64,000 bases of DNA, taken from positions 244,714,001-244,778,000 of the forward strand of contig OZ024743.1 in assembly GCA_964016885.1 (NCBI GenBank). The letters are read 5' to 3'. Source of the DNA: Eledone cirrhosa (lineage: Eukaryota). Shown here piece after piece: positions 31,401 through 44,919 of the stretch. Under the pieces are notes generated by a model. That model searched no databases, had not been told where the DNA came from, and saw only the letters and a list, made by a program, of their open reading frames with translations. The position numbers and the translations under genes are program-made. Each line of letters starts with the position of its first letter. Within the stretch, counting starts at the first letter, position 1.

Positions 31401-34400
31401 ACCACTACCGCCAATACCACCAGCACCACTACCGCCAACACCACCAGCACCACTACCGCCAATACCACCAGCACCACTACCGCCAACACCACCAGCACCA
31501 CTACCTCCAACACCACTAGCACCACTACCGCCAACACCACTACCACCACTACCGCCAACACCACCAGCACCACTACCGCCAACACCACCAGCACCACTAC
31601 CGCCAATACCACCAGCACCACTACCGCCAACACCACCAGCACCACTACCTCCAACACCACCAGCACCACTACTGCCAACACCACCAGCACCACTACCGCC
31701 AACACCACCAGCACCACTACCTCCAACACCACCAGCACCACTACCTCCAACACCACCAGCACCACTACCTCCAATACCACCAGCACCACTACCGCCAACA
31801 CCACCAGCACCACTACCTCCAACACCACCAGCACCACTACCTCCAACACCACCAGCACCACTACCGCCAATACCACCAGCACCACTACCGCCAACACCAC
31901 CAGCACCACTACCGCCAACACCACCAGCACCACTACCGCCAATACCACCAGCACCACTACCTCCAATACCACCAGCACCACTACCGCCAACACCACCAGC
32001 ACCACTACCTCCAACACCACCAGCACCACTACCTCCAATACCACCAGCACCACTACCGCCAATACCACTATCAGCACTACCTCCAACACCACCAGCACCA
32101 TTACCGCCAACACCACCAGCACCACTACCTCCAATACCACCAGCACCACTACCGCCAACACCACCAGCACCACTACCTCCAACACCACCAGCACCACTAC
32201 CTCCAACACCACCAGCACCACTACCTCCAATACCACCAGCACCACTACCGCCAACACCACCAGCACCACTACCGCCAATACCACTATCACCACTACCTCC
32301 AACACCACCAGCACCACTACCGCCAACACCACCAGCACCACTACCTCCAACACCACCAGCACCACTACCGCCAACACCACCAGCACCACTACCGCCAATA
32401 CCACCAGCACCACTACCGCCAACACCACCAGCACCACTACCTCCAATACCACCAGCACCACTACCGCCAATACCACCAGCACCAATACCGCCAATACCAC
32501 CAGCACCACTACCGCCAATACCACCAGCACCACTACCGCCAGCACCACTACCGCCAATACAACCAGCACCACTACCGCCAGCACCACTACCGCCAATACC
32601 ACCAGCACCACTACCGCCAACACCACCAGCACCACTACCGCCAATACCACCAGCACCACTACCTCCAACACCACCAGCACCACTACCGCCAATACCACCA
32701 GCACCACTACCTCCAATACCACCAGCACCACTACCTCCAATACCACTAGCACCACTACCGCCAACACCACCAGCACCACTACCGCCAACACCACCAGCAC
32801 CACTACCGCCAATACCACCAGCACCACTACCGCCACTACCACCAGCACCACTACCGCCAATACCACCAGCACCACTACCTCCAACACCACTAGCACCACT
32901 ACCGCCAATACCACCAGCACCACTACCGCCAATACCACCAGCACCACTACCTCCAACACCACTAGCACCACTACCGCCAATACCACCAGCACCACTACCG
33001 CCACTACCACCAGCACCACTACCGCCAATACCACCAGCACCACTACCTCCAACACCACTAGCACCACTACCGCCAATACCACCAGCACCACTACCGCCAA
33101 CACCACCAGCACCACTACTGCCACTACCACCAGCACCACTACCTCCAACACCATTAGCACCACTACCGCCACTACCACCAGCACCACTACCGCCAATACC
33201 ACCAGCACCACTACCGCCAATACCACCAGCACTACTACCTCCAACACCACAAGCACCACTACTGCCAACACCACCAGCACCACTACCGCCAATACCACCA
33301 GCACCACTACCGCCAATACCACGAGCACCACTACCTCCAACACCACCAGCACCACTACTGCCAACACCACCAGCACCACTACCGCCAATACCACCAGCAC
33401 CACTACCGCCAATACCACCAGCACCACTACCTCCAACACCACAAGCACCACTACTGCCAACACCACCAGCACCACTACCGCCAACACCACCAGCACCACT
33501 ACCGCCAATACCACCAGCACCACTACCTCCAACACCACCAGCACCACTACCTCCAACACCACCAGCACCACTACCGCCAACACCACCAGCACCACTACCG
33601 CCAATACCACCAGCACCACTACCTCCAACACCACCAGCACCACTACTGCCAACACCACCAGCACCACTACCGCCAACACCACCAGCACCACTACCTCCAA
33701 CCCCACCAGCACCACTACCGCCAATACCACGAGCACCACTACCTCCAACACCACCAGCACCACTACTGCCAATACCACCAGCACCACTACCTCCAACACC
33801 ACCAGCACCACTACCGCCAATACCACCAGCACCACTACCTCCAATACCACCAGCACCACTACCTCCAACACCACCAGCACCACTACCGCCAATACCACCA
33901 GCACCACTACCTCCAACACCACCAGCACCACTACCGCCAATACCACCAGCACCACTACCTCCAATACCACCAGCACCACTACCTCCAACACCACCAGCAC
34001 CACTACCTCCAATACCACCAGCACCACTACATCCAACACCACTAGCACCACTACCGCCACTACCACCAGCACCACTACCGCCAACACCACCAGCACCACT
34101 ACTGCCACTACCACCAGCACCACTACCTCCAACACCATTAGCACCACTACCGCCACTACCACCAGCACCACTACCGCCAACACCACCAGCACCACTACCT
34201 CCAACACCACAAGCACCACTACCGCCAACACCACCAGCACCACTACCACCAGCACCACTACCTCCAACACCACAAGCACCACTACCTCCAACACCACCAG
34301 CACCACTACCGCCAACACCACCAGCACCACTACTGCCACTACCACCAGCACCACTACCTCCAACACCATTAGCACCACTACCGCCAATACCACCAGCACC

Positions 34401-37400
34401 ACTACCGCCAACACCACAAGCACCACTACCGCCAACTCCACCAGCACCACTACCGCCAACACCACCAGCACCACTACCTCCAACACCACCAGCACCACTA
34501 CTGCCAACACCACCAGCACCACTACCGCCAATACCACCAGCACCACTACCGCCAACACCACCAGCACCACTACCGCCAATACCACCAGCACCACTACCGC
34601 CAACACCACCAGCACCACTACCGCCAATACCACCAGCACCACTACCGCCAATACCACCAGCACTACTACCGCCAACACCACCAGCACCATTACCGCCAAC
34701 ACCACTAGCACCACTACCTCCAACACCACCAGCACCACTACCTCCAATACCACCAGCACCACTACCGCCAATACCACCAGCACCACTACCGCCAATACCA
34801 CCAGCACTACTACCGCCAACACCACCAGCACCACTACCTCCAACACCACCAGCACCACTACCGCCAATACCACCAGCACCACTACCTCCAATACCACCAG
34901 CACCACTACCGCCAACACCACCAGCACCACTACCGCCAACACCACCAGCACCACTACCGCCAATACCACTAGCACCACTACCTCCAACACCACCAGCACC
35001 ACTACCGCCAATACCACCAGCACCACTACGGCCAATACCACCAGCACCACTACCGCCAATACCACCAGCACCACTACCTCCAATACCACCAGCACCACTA
35101 CCGCCAACACCACCAGCACCACTACCGCCAACACCACCAGCACCACTACCGCCAATACCACTAGCACCACTACCGCCAACACCACCAGCACCACTACCGC
35201 CAATACCACCAGCACCACTACCGCCAATACCACCAGCACCACTACCGCCAACACCACCAGCACCACTACCTCCAATACCACCAGCACCACTACCGCCAAT
35301 ACCACCAGCACCACTACCGCCAACACCACCAGCACCACTACCTCCAATACCAACAGCACCACTACCGCCAACACCACCAGCCCCACTACCGCCAATACCA
35401 CCAGCACCACTACCGCCAATACCACCAGCACCATTACCGCCAATACCACCAGCACCACTACCGCCAACACCACCAGCACCACTACCGCCAACACCACCAG
35501 CACCACTACCGCCAATACCACCAGCACCACTACCTCCAAGACCACCAGCACCACTACCGCCAACACCACCAGCACCACTACCGCCAATACCACCAGCACC
35601 ACTACCGCCAACACCACCAGCACCACTACCGCCAATACCACCAGCACCACTACCGCCAACACCACCAGCACCACTACCGCCAATACCACCAGCACCACTA
35701 CCGCCAATACCACCAGCACCACTACCGCCAACACCACTACCACCACTACCGCCAACACCACCAGCACCACTACCGCCAACACCACTACCACCACTACCGC
35801 CAACACCACCAGCACCACTACCGCCAACACCACCAGCACCACTACCGCCAATACCACCAGCACCACTACCGCCAACACCACCAGCACCACTACCTCCAAT
35901 ACCACCAGCACCACTACCGCCAACACCACCAGCACCACTACCGCCAATACCACCAGCACCACTACCGCCAACACCACCAGCACCACTACCGCCAACACCA
36001 CCAACACCACTACCGCCAACACCACCAGCACCACTACCTCCAATACCACCAGCACCACTACCGCCAACACCACCAGCACCACTACCGCCAATACCACCAG
36101 CACCACTACCGCCAACACCACCAGCACCACTACCGCCAATACCACCAGCACCACTACCGCCAACACCACTAGCACCACTACCGCCAACACCACTACCACC
36201 ACTACCGCCAACACCACCAGCACCACTACCGCCAACACCACCAGTACCACTACCGCCAATACCACCAGCACCACTACCGCCACTACCACCAGCACCACTA
36301 CCGCCAACACCACCAGCACCACTACCGCCACTACCACCAGCACCACTACCGCCAATACCACCAGCACCACTACCGCCAACACCACTAGCACCACTACCTC
36401 CAATACCACCAGCACCACTACCTCCAACACCACCAGCACCACTACCGCCAATACCACCAGCACCACTACCGCCAACACCACCAGCACCACTACCTCCAAC
36501 ACCACCAGCACCACTACCGCCAATACCACCAGCACCACTACCGCCAATACCACCAGCACCACTACCGCCAACACCACCAGCACCACTACCTCCAATACCA
36601 CCAGCACCACTACCTCCAACACCACCAGCACCACTACCGCCAACACCACCAGCACCACTACCTCCAATACCACCAGCACCACTACCGCCAACACCACCAG
36701 CACCACTACCGCCAATACCACCAGCACCACTACCGCCAACACCACCAGCACCACTACCGCCAATACCACCAGCACCACTACCGCCAACACCACTAGCACC
36801 ACTACCGCCAACACCACTACCACCACTACCGCCAACACCACCAGCACCACTACCGCCAACACCACCAGCACCACTACCGCCAATACCACCAGCACCACTA
36901 CCGCCACTACCACCAGCACCACTACCGCCAACACCACCAGCACCACTACCGCCACTACCACCAGCACCACTACCGCCAATACCACCAGCACCACTACCGC
37001 CAACACCACCAGCACCACTACCTCCAATACCACCAGCACCACTACCTCCAACACCACCAGCACCACTACCGCCAATACCACCAGCACCACTACCGCCAAC
37101 ACCACCAGCACCACTACCTCCAACACCACCAGCACCACTACCGCCAATACCACCAGCACCACTACCGCCAATACCACCAGCACCACTACCGCCAACACCA
37201 CCAGCACCACTACCTCCAATACCACCAGCACCACTACCTCCAACACCACCAGCACCACTACCACCACTACCACCAGCACCACTACCGCCAATACCACCAG
37301 CACCACTACCGCCAACACCACCAGCACCACTACCTCCAACACCACCAGCACCACTACCGCCAATACCACCAGCACCACTACCGCCAATACCACCAGCACC

Positions 37401-40400
37401 ACTACCGCCAACACCACCAGCACCACTACCGCCAATACCACCAGCACCACTACCGCCAACACCACCAGCACCACTACCTCCAACACCACTAGCACCACTA
37501 CCGCCAACACCACTACCACCACTACCGCCAACACCACCAGCACCACTACCGCCAACACCACCAGCACCACTACCGCCAATACCACCAGCACCACTACCGC
37601 CAACACCACCAGCACCACTACCTCCAACACCACCAGCACCACTACTGCCAACACCACCAGCACCACTACCGCCAACACCACCAGCACCACTACCTCCAAC
37701 ACCACCAGCACCACTACCTCCAACACCACCAGCACCACTACCTCCAACACCACCAGCACCACTACCTTCAATACCACCAGCACCACTACCGCCAACACCA
37801 CCAGCACCACTACCTCCAACACCACCAGCACCACTACCTCCAACACCACCAGCACCACTACCGCCAATACCACCAGCACCACTACCGCCAACACCACCAG
37901 CACCACTACCGCCAACACCACCAGCACCACTACCGCCAATACCACCAGCACCACTACCTCCAATACCACCAGCACCACTACCGCCAACACCACCAGCACC
38001 ACTACCTCCAACACCACCAGCACCACTACCTCCAATACCACCAGCACCACTACCGCCAATACCACTATCACCACTACCTCCAACATCACCAGCACCACTA
38101 CCGCCAACACCACCAGCACCACTACCGCCAATACCACCAGCACCACTACCGCCAACACCACCAGCACCACTACCGCCAACACCACCAGCACCACTACCTC
38201 CAATACCACCAGCACCACTACCGCCAATACCACCAGCACCACTACCGCCAACACCACCAGCACCACTACCTCCAATACCACCAGCACCACTACCTCCAAC
38301 ACCACCAGCACCACTACCGCCAATACCACCAGCAACACTACCGCCAACACCACCAGCACCACTACCTCCAACACCACCAGCACCACTACCGCCAATACCA
38401 CCAGCACCACTACCGCCAATACCACCAGCACCACTACCGCCAACACCACCAGCACCACTACCTCCAATACCACCAGCACCACTACCTCCAACACCACCAG
38501 CACCACTACTTCCAACACCACCAGCACCACTACCGCCAATACCACCAGCACCACTACCGCCAACACCACCAGCACCACTACCTCCAACACCACCAGCACC
38601 ACTACCGCCAATACCACCAGCACCACTACCGCCAATACCACCAGCACCACTACCGCCAACACCACCAGCACCACTACCGCCAATACCACCAGCACCACTA
38701 CCGCCAACACCACCAGCACCACTACCTCCAACACCACTAGCACCACTACCGCCAACACCACTACCACCACTACCGCCAACACCACCAGCACCACTACCGC
38801 CAACACCACCAGCACCACTACCGCCAATACCACCAGCACCACTACCGCCAACACCACCAGCACCACTACCTCCAACACCACCAGCACCACTACTGCCAAC
38901 ACCACCAGCACCACTACCGCCAACACCACCAGCACCACTACCTCCAACACCACCAGCACCACTACCTCCAACACCACCAGCACCACTACCTCCAATACCA
39001 CCAGCACCACTACCGCCAACACCACCAGCACCACTACCTCCAACACCACCAGCACCACTACCTCCAACACCACCAGCACCACTACCGCCAATACCACCAG
39101 CACCACTACCGCCAACACCACCAGCACCACTACCGCCAACACCACCAGCACCACTACCGCCAATACCACCAGCACCACTACCTCCAATACCACCAGCACC
39201 ACTACCGCCAACACCACCAGCACCACTACCTCCAACACCACCAGCACCACTACCTCCAATACCACCAGCACCACTACCGCCAATACCACTATCACCACTA
39301 CCTCCAACACCACCAGCACCACTACCGCCAACACCACCAGCACCACTACCTCCAATACCACCAGCACCACTACCGCCAACACCACCAGCACCACTACCTC
39401 CAACACCACCAGCACCACTACCTCCAACACCACCAGCACCACTACCTCCAATACCACCAGCACCACTACCGCCAACACCACCAGCACCACTACCGCCAAT
39501 ACCACTATCACCACTACCTCCAACACCACCAGCACCACTACCGCCAACACCACCAGCACCACTACCTCCAACACCACCAGCACCACTACCGCCAACACCA
39601 CCAGCACCACTACCGCCAATACCACCAGCACCACTACCGCCAATACCACCAGCACCACTACCGCCAATACCACCAGCACCACTACCGCCAATACCACCAG
39701 CACCACTACCTCCAATACCACCAGCACCACTACCGCCAATACCACCAGCACCACTACCGCCAATACCACCAGCACCACTACCTCCAATACCACCAGCACC
39801 ACTACCGCCAACACCACCAGCACCACTACCGCCAATACCACCAGCACCACTACCGCCAACACCACCAGCACCACTACCGCCAATACCACCAGCACCACTA
39901 CCGCCAACACCACCAGCACCACTACCTCCAATACCAGCAGCACCACTACCGCCAATACCACCAGCACCACTAACGCCAATACCACCAGCACCACTACCGC
40001 CAATACCACCAGCACCACTACCGCCAATACCACCAGCACCACTACCGCCAACACCACCAGCACCACTACCGCCAATACCACCAGCACCACTACCGCCAAT
40101 ACCACCAGCACCACTACCGCCAACACCACCAGCACCACTACCTCCAATACCACCAGCACCACTACCGCCAATACCACCAGCACCACTAACGCCAATACCA
40201 CCAGCACCACTAACGCCAATACCACCAGCACCACTACCTCCAATACCACCAGCACCACTAACGCCAATACCACCAGCACCACTACCTCCAACACCACCAG
40301 CACCACTACCGCCAACACCACCAGCACCACTAACGCCAATACCACCAGCACCACTAACGCCAATACCACCAGCACCACTACCTCCAATACCACCAGCACC

Positions 40401-42776
40401 ACTACCGCCAATACCACCAGCACCACTACCGCCAACACCACCAGCACCACTACCGCCAACACCACCCGCACCACTACCTCCAATACCACCAGCACCACTA
40501 CCTCCAATACCACCAGCACCACTACCTCCAACACCACCAGCACCACTACCGCCAACACCACCAGCACCACTACCGCCAATACCACCAGCACCACTACCTC
40601 CAATACCACCAGCACCACTACCGCCAATACCACCAGCACCACTACCGCCAACACCACCAGCACCACTACCTCCAATACCACCAGCACCACTACCTCCAAT
40701 ACCACCAGCACCACTACCGCCAATACCACCAGCACCACTACCTCCAATACCACCAGCACCACTACCTCCAATACCACCAGCACCACTACCGCCAATACCA
40801 CCAGCACCACTACCGCCAACACCACCAGCACCACTACCTCCACTACCACCAGCACCACTACCTCCACTACCACCAGCACCACTACCACCAACACCACCAG
40901 CACTACTACCTCCAATACCACCAGCACCACTACCGCCAATACCACCAGCACCACTACCTCCAATACCACCAGCACCACTACCTCCAATACCACCAGCACC
41001 ACTACCTCCAATACCACCAGCACCACTACCGCCAATACCACCAGCACCACTACCGCCAACACTACCAGCACCACTACCTCCAACACCACCAGCACCACTA
41101 CCGCCAACACCACCAGCACCACTACCTCCAACCCCACCAGCACCACTACCTCCAACACCACCAGCACCACTACCGCCAACACCACCAGCACCACTACCGC
41201 CAATACCACCAGCACCACTACCTCCAATACCACCAGCACCACTACCGCCAACACTACCAGCACCACTACCTCCAACACCACCAGCACCACTACCGCCAAC
41301 ACCACCAGCACCACTACCGCCAACACCACCAGCACCACTACCTCCAATACCACCAGCACCACTACCTCCAATACCACCAGCACCACTACCGCCAACACCA
41401 CCAGCACCACTACCTCCAACCCCACCAGCACCACTACCGCCAACACCACCAGCACCACTACCGCCAACACCACCAGCACCACTACCTCCAATACCACCAG
41501 CACCACTACCGCCAACACCACCAGCACCACTACCGCCAATACCACTACCGCCAACACCACCAGCACCACTACCGCCAACACCACCAGCACCACTACCGCC
41601 AATACCACCAGCACCACTACCACCAACACCACCAGCACCACTACCACCAACACCACCAGCACCACTACCACCAACACCACCAGCACCACTACCTCCACCA
41701 CCACCAGCACCACTACCGCCAACACCACCAGCACCACTACCGCCAACACCACCAGCACCACTACCTCCAACACCACCAGCACCACTACCGCCAACACCAC
41801 CAGCACCACTACCGCCAATACCACCAGCACCACTACCACCAACACCACCAGCACCACTACCTCCAACACCACCAGCACCACTACCGCCAACACCACCAGC
41901 ACCACTACCGCCAATACCACCAGCACCACTACCGCCAACACCACCAGCACCACTGCCGCCAATACCACCAGCACCACTACCGCCAACACCACCAGTACCA
42001 CTACCACCAGCACCACTACCGCCAACACCACCAGCACCACTACCGCCAACACCACCAGCACCACTACCGCCACTACCACCAGCACCACTACCGCCAATAC
42101 CACCAGCACCACTACCACCAACACCACCAGCACCACTACCGCCACTACCACCAGCACCACTACCTCCAACACCACCAGCACCACTACCGCCAACACCACC
42201 AGCACCACTACCGCCAACACCACCAGCACCACTACCGCCAATACCACCAGCACCACTACCGCCACTACCACCAGCACCACTACCGCCACTACCACCAGCA
42301 CCACTACCGCCAACACCACCAGCACCACTACCGCCAATACCACCAGCACCACTAACGCCAACACCACCAGCACCACTAACGCCAACCCCATCAGCACCAC
42401 TACCGCCAACACCACCAGCACCACTACCGCCAACACCACCAGCACCACTATCGCCAACACCACCATCACCACTACCGCCACTACCACCAGCACCACTAAC
42501 GCCAACACCACCAGCACCACTAACGCCAACCCCATCAGCACCACTACCGCCAACACCACCAGCACCACTAACACCAACACCACCAGCACCACTACCTCCA
42601 ACACCACCAGCACCACTACCGCCAATACCACCAGCACCACTAACGCCACCACCACCAGCACCACTACCTCCAACACCACCAGCACCACTATCGCCACTAC
42701 CACCAGCACCACTACCGCCAACACCACCAGCACCACTACCGCCACCACCACCGGTATTAATTATCTTCCTCTCCAC
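22485..42776 (-). CDS. Putative glycine-rich, silk-fibroin-like repeat reading frame (GSGAGG[V/I]G)n, about 6,760 codons; coding status unproven
   Basis: ORF track 19683..42776: Gly frame uninterrupted to the frameshift at about 22483, with all indels in this span multiples of 3. No ATG, signal peptide or unique terminal domain; the first residues derive from a retrotransposon. Confidence 0.3.
25150..39620. repeat. 7,221-bp tandem higher-order duplication inside the array
   Basis: Rare markers recur at a constant 7,221 offset: CCAATACCGCC about 25261/32482, ACTACGGCC about 27805/35026, TCCAAGACC about 28316/35537, CCACTATCAC 32281/39502. Boundaries approximate. Confidence 0.9.
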
Positions 42777-43600
42777 TGCATTGCGGGCAGCGGACCCCAG
42801 GTTTGTCGTCGAAGCGACAAAGCTTCAGTCAGAGAACGAGTTGCAGCACATCGCATCTCAAATTAAAGATTAGCTTCCATCGAAAGGGATGAGAGTTCAT
42901 CCGCCAGGGTGCTCACCATCACCATGGTCTAGGTCAGCAGGTTTCAATTGTAACGGGCAACCGACTGCGTCGAGGTTTCTCCTGGTGAAGTTGTTCAGAG
43001 CAGCATGGCAACAAGATATTTGGTGCAGACTGAAGTCATCAACAGCTGCTCCACAACAGTATTTGCGTGGCTTACATGCGGAGGCCGCGGTGTTGTGCTT
43101 CTCCAATGCAGGTACACTCATGATCAATATAGTACCGGTTGATGAAGATGGCACCGAATTGAGCCAAGCGTCACTGTTTGGTTGCGGGGTGGAGCGTAGA
43201 TAGGCGTGACGGTGTTGGTCCAAGGAAGACACGATTTGTCGTACTATTTGCGTTGGAAATCGATATACTGGGGGACGACAAGGCCTTCGTCGTGACTGCG
43301 TACGCAGTATTGGCATAAATGGCCAGTGTAGGTGAAGTGAAAAGCTGATGGGAAGGGGTGGTCGAAGGAAGCGATGTTGCCTCTGAACTTCGAGGTCAAG
43401 GAGGGGATCAAACCCTCCCCCGTTATCGAGATCTCAAGTATAAATGACGCAAAACTGAAGAGTTCGTTATGGTCCTGCAGGCTATTGGTATCGAGTGCTT
43501 GGTCGATGGTCGGCGCTAGCCCATCGCCCACCAAAGTGCAGGCAGCCCTGGGATACTGATGATAATTCTCCGTGACTATCTGACCTGGGAGATCCCCACC
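42753..43600 (-). mobile_element. Decayed CRE-clade-like non-LTR retrotransposon, C-terminal zinc knuckle and restriction-like endonuclease region
   Basis: Minus translation across frameshifts: [66 protein letters not shown]. This matches the CRE-type pattern AWL..P / C.CG..H..C / HN / RPDG / WD / AE.RK..KY. Right boundary uncertain (may reach about 43870). Confidence 0.75.
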
Positions 43601-44214
43601 AAGACCTCGACCGTGCTACGCGAGGTTAGGATCTCATTCTGTTCTTATTCTGTGTCCACTTGTATCTCAGGATCAACCTGTGGTGTCGAGAGGGTTAAGT
43701 ATCGCGGGCAGTGCCACCCGTGCAGAGATTGCGACGCTCGCCAGGAAATACGACGAAAGAAAGATGGAAGAAATTGTTACAGTTGGAACACATCCTTTTT
43801 TTCTTCCGCCTATTTCGCTTGGCGCACGAACGACACTGCTTGACTTCCTGCAGCTTGAGGAATATAGCCGAGGGTGGGTTAAGGGAGCAAGTGGGACTGT
43901 TTCTGTTGTTGTTGTTTTATAGTTGTTGTTACAACTGTTGTTGTTAATACTGCTATTTTTTCTTTTTTTTTACTGTTTAACAAAAGATATAAATGAATTT
44001 ATTCAAAAGCAAAAAACAAACCTTATTTAGTAAGAAAAAAAAAGAAAGAAAGAAGAAAAAGAACGGGAAAAGGAGGGGATGGCAAGATTTCTGGTGTCGC
44101 AGAAGAGAGGAGAGGGTGAGGGGGAGGGTGATTGGGTTTTGGGCCTAGGGCAAGAGAGCAGAAGTGTTGCGCCCCGCGGACAAGACGGCAAAAGCATTCC
44201 CCCCGACAATGGTC

Positions 44215-44500
44215 AGTATTATTGCTGTTCTCGTTGTATTTGTTGTTGCTGCCGCTGTCGTCGTCGTCGTTGTTGTTGTTGTTAATGTTGGTGGTGGTGG
44301 TGGTGTTTTCATTGTTGCTGTAGGCGTCATTGTTGTTGTTGCTATTCTAGCTGTTACTCTAGTCATTACTGTTGTTGTTTTTATTTTTGTGTTGGTGTCA
44401 TTGTTGTAGTTGTTACTCTTGTTATTGATTTGGTTATTATTTGTTGTTGTAGATGTTGCTGTTGTTATTGTTTTTTTTTGTTTCTAGTTGTAGTGGTGTC
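44215..44500. repeat. Degenerate (GTT/GGT/GTC)n low-complexity tract
   Basis: Runs of gttgttgtt, ggtggtggt and gtcgtcgtc. Confidence 0.9.
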
Positions 44501-44703
44501 TTCATGTGTGGTAGACTTAATCCGTCGCCTGGTTTAACACCGCGACCACCACCATCACCTATTCGTTGAGTACCTTTAGCAGAATTTTTAGCATTCAGAC
44601 TAGGTCCGCAGTCAGAAGAAACCTTGCCCCAACCTTCTTTCTCACAAGTCACGGAGGCTATGAAAAGGCCCTTTTCTCTCTAAGTGATAAAAATATACAT
44701 GTA

Positions 44704-44741
<38 letters not shown>

Positions 44742-44919
44742 ATACACTCACGCACACATATATTAATGCTGGGTTGTAAATTCATAGGTATATAAATGAC
44801 AATAGACAGTTACTTATGAGGTGTCTTTACACTTGAAGGATTAGCCATAATCGACGAAACCCTTGTATTAGTCAACCGAGATATATGAATATGAATATGA
44901 ATTTCTATGTATGTATGTT

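Larger units (their letters stand above)
1..42752. repeat. Giant 24-bp tandem array (about 1,750-1,800 units) with higher-order structure, open at left window edge
   Basis: Consensus ACCACCAGCACCACTACCGCCAAC is repeated continuously. It has two common biallelic sites (GCC/TCC, AAC/AAT), shorter (e.g. 15 bp) and 27-bp variant units, and ends at ...GCCACCACCACC|GGTATTAAT. Confidence 0.99.
12666..42866 (+). other. Stop-free plus-strand frame (about 10,060 codons, no ATG), mostly mucin-like (TTSTTT[A/S]N)n with PTPPAPLP and QHHQHHYR blocks
   Basis: Manual reading: last in-frame stop TGA at 12663-12665, next TAA at 42864-42866 (difference 30,201, divisible by 3). Absent from the ORF track, presumably because it lacks a start codon. 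Confidence 0.3.

Noticed and set aside
3965-42751. Poly-Val/Leu ORFs (VVVLVVL[A/E])n of 450-6,762 aa
   Set aside because: Shadow frame of the 24-bp repeat; implausibly hydrophobic, with starts and stops set only by the frameshift sites.
1-42752. CRISPR array or telomeric repeat
   Set aside because: No unique spacers or cas genes, eukaryotic context, and no TTAGGG-type unit.
42753-42776. MERKIINT as a genuine start or leader peptide
   Set aside because: The start is GTG in eukaryotic DNA, and the sequence aligns to the CRE-like endonuclease paralogue near 49.9 kb.
44660-44680. AAAAGGCCCTTTT resembling a histone 3' stem-loop
   Set aside because: Lacks the second stem arm and no histone ORF lies upstream.
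44805-44860. Second hammerhead candidate (CTTATGA..GAA / TTGAAGGA..CGAAAC)
   Set aside because: Core nucleotides deviate from CUGANGA and the stems are inconsistent.
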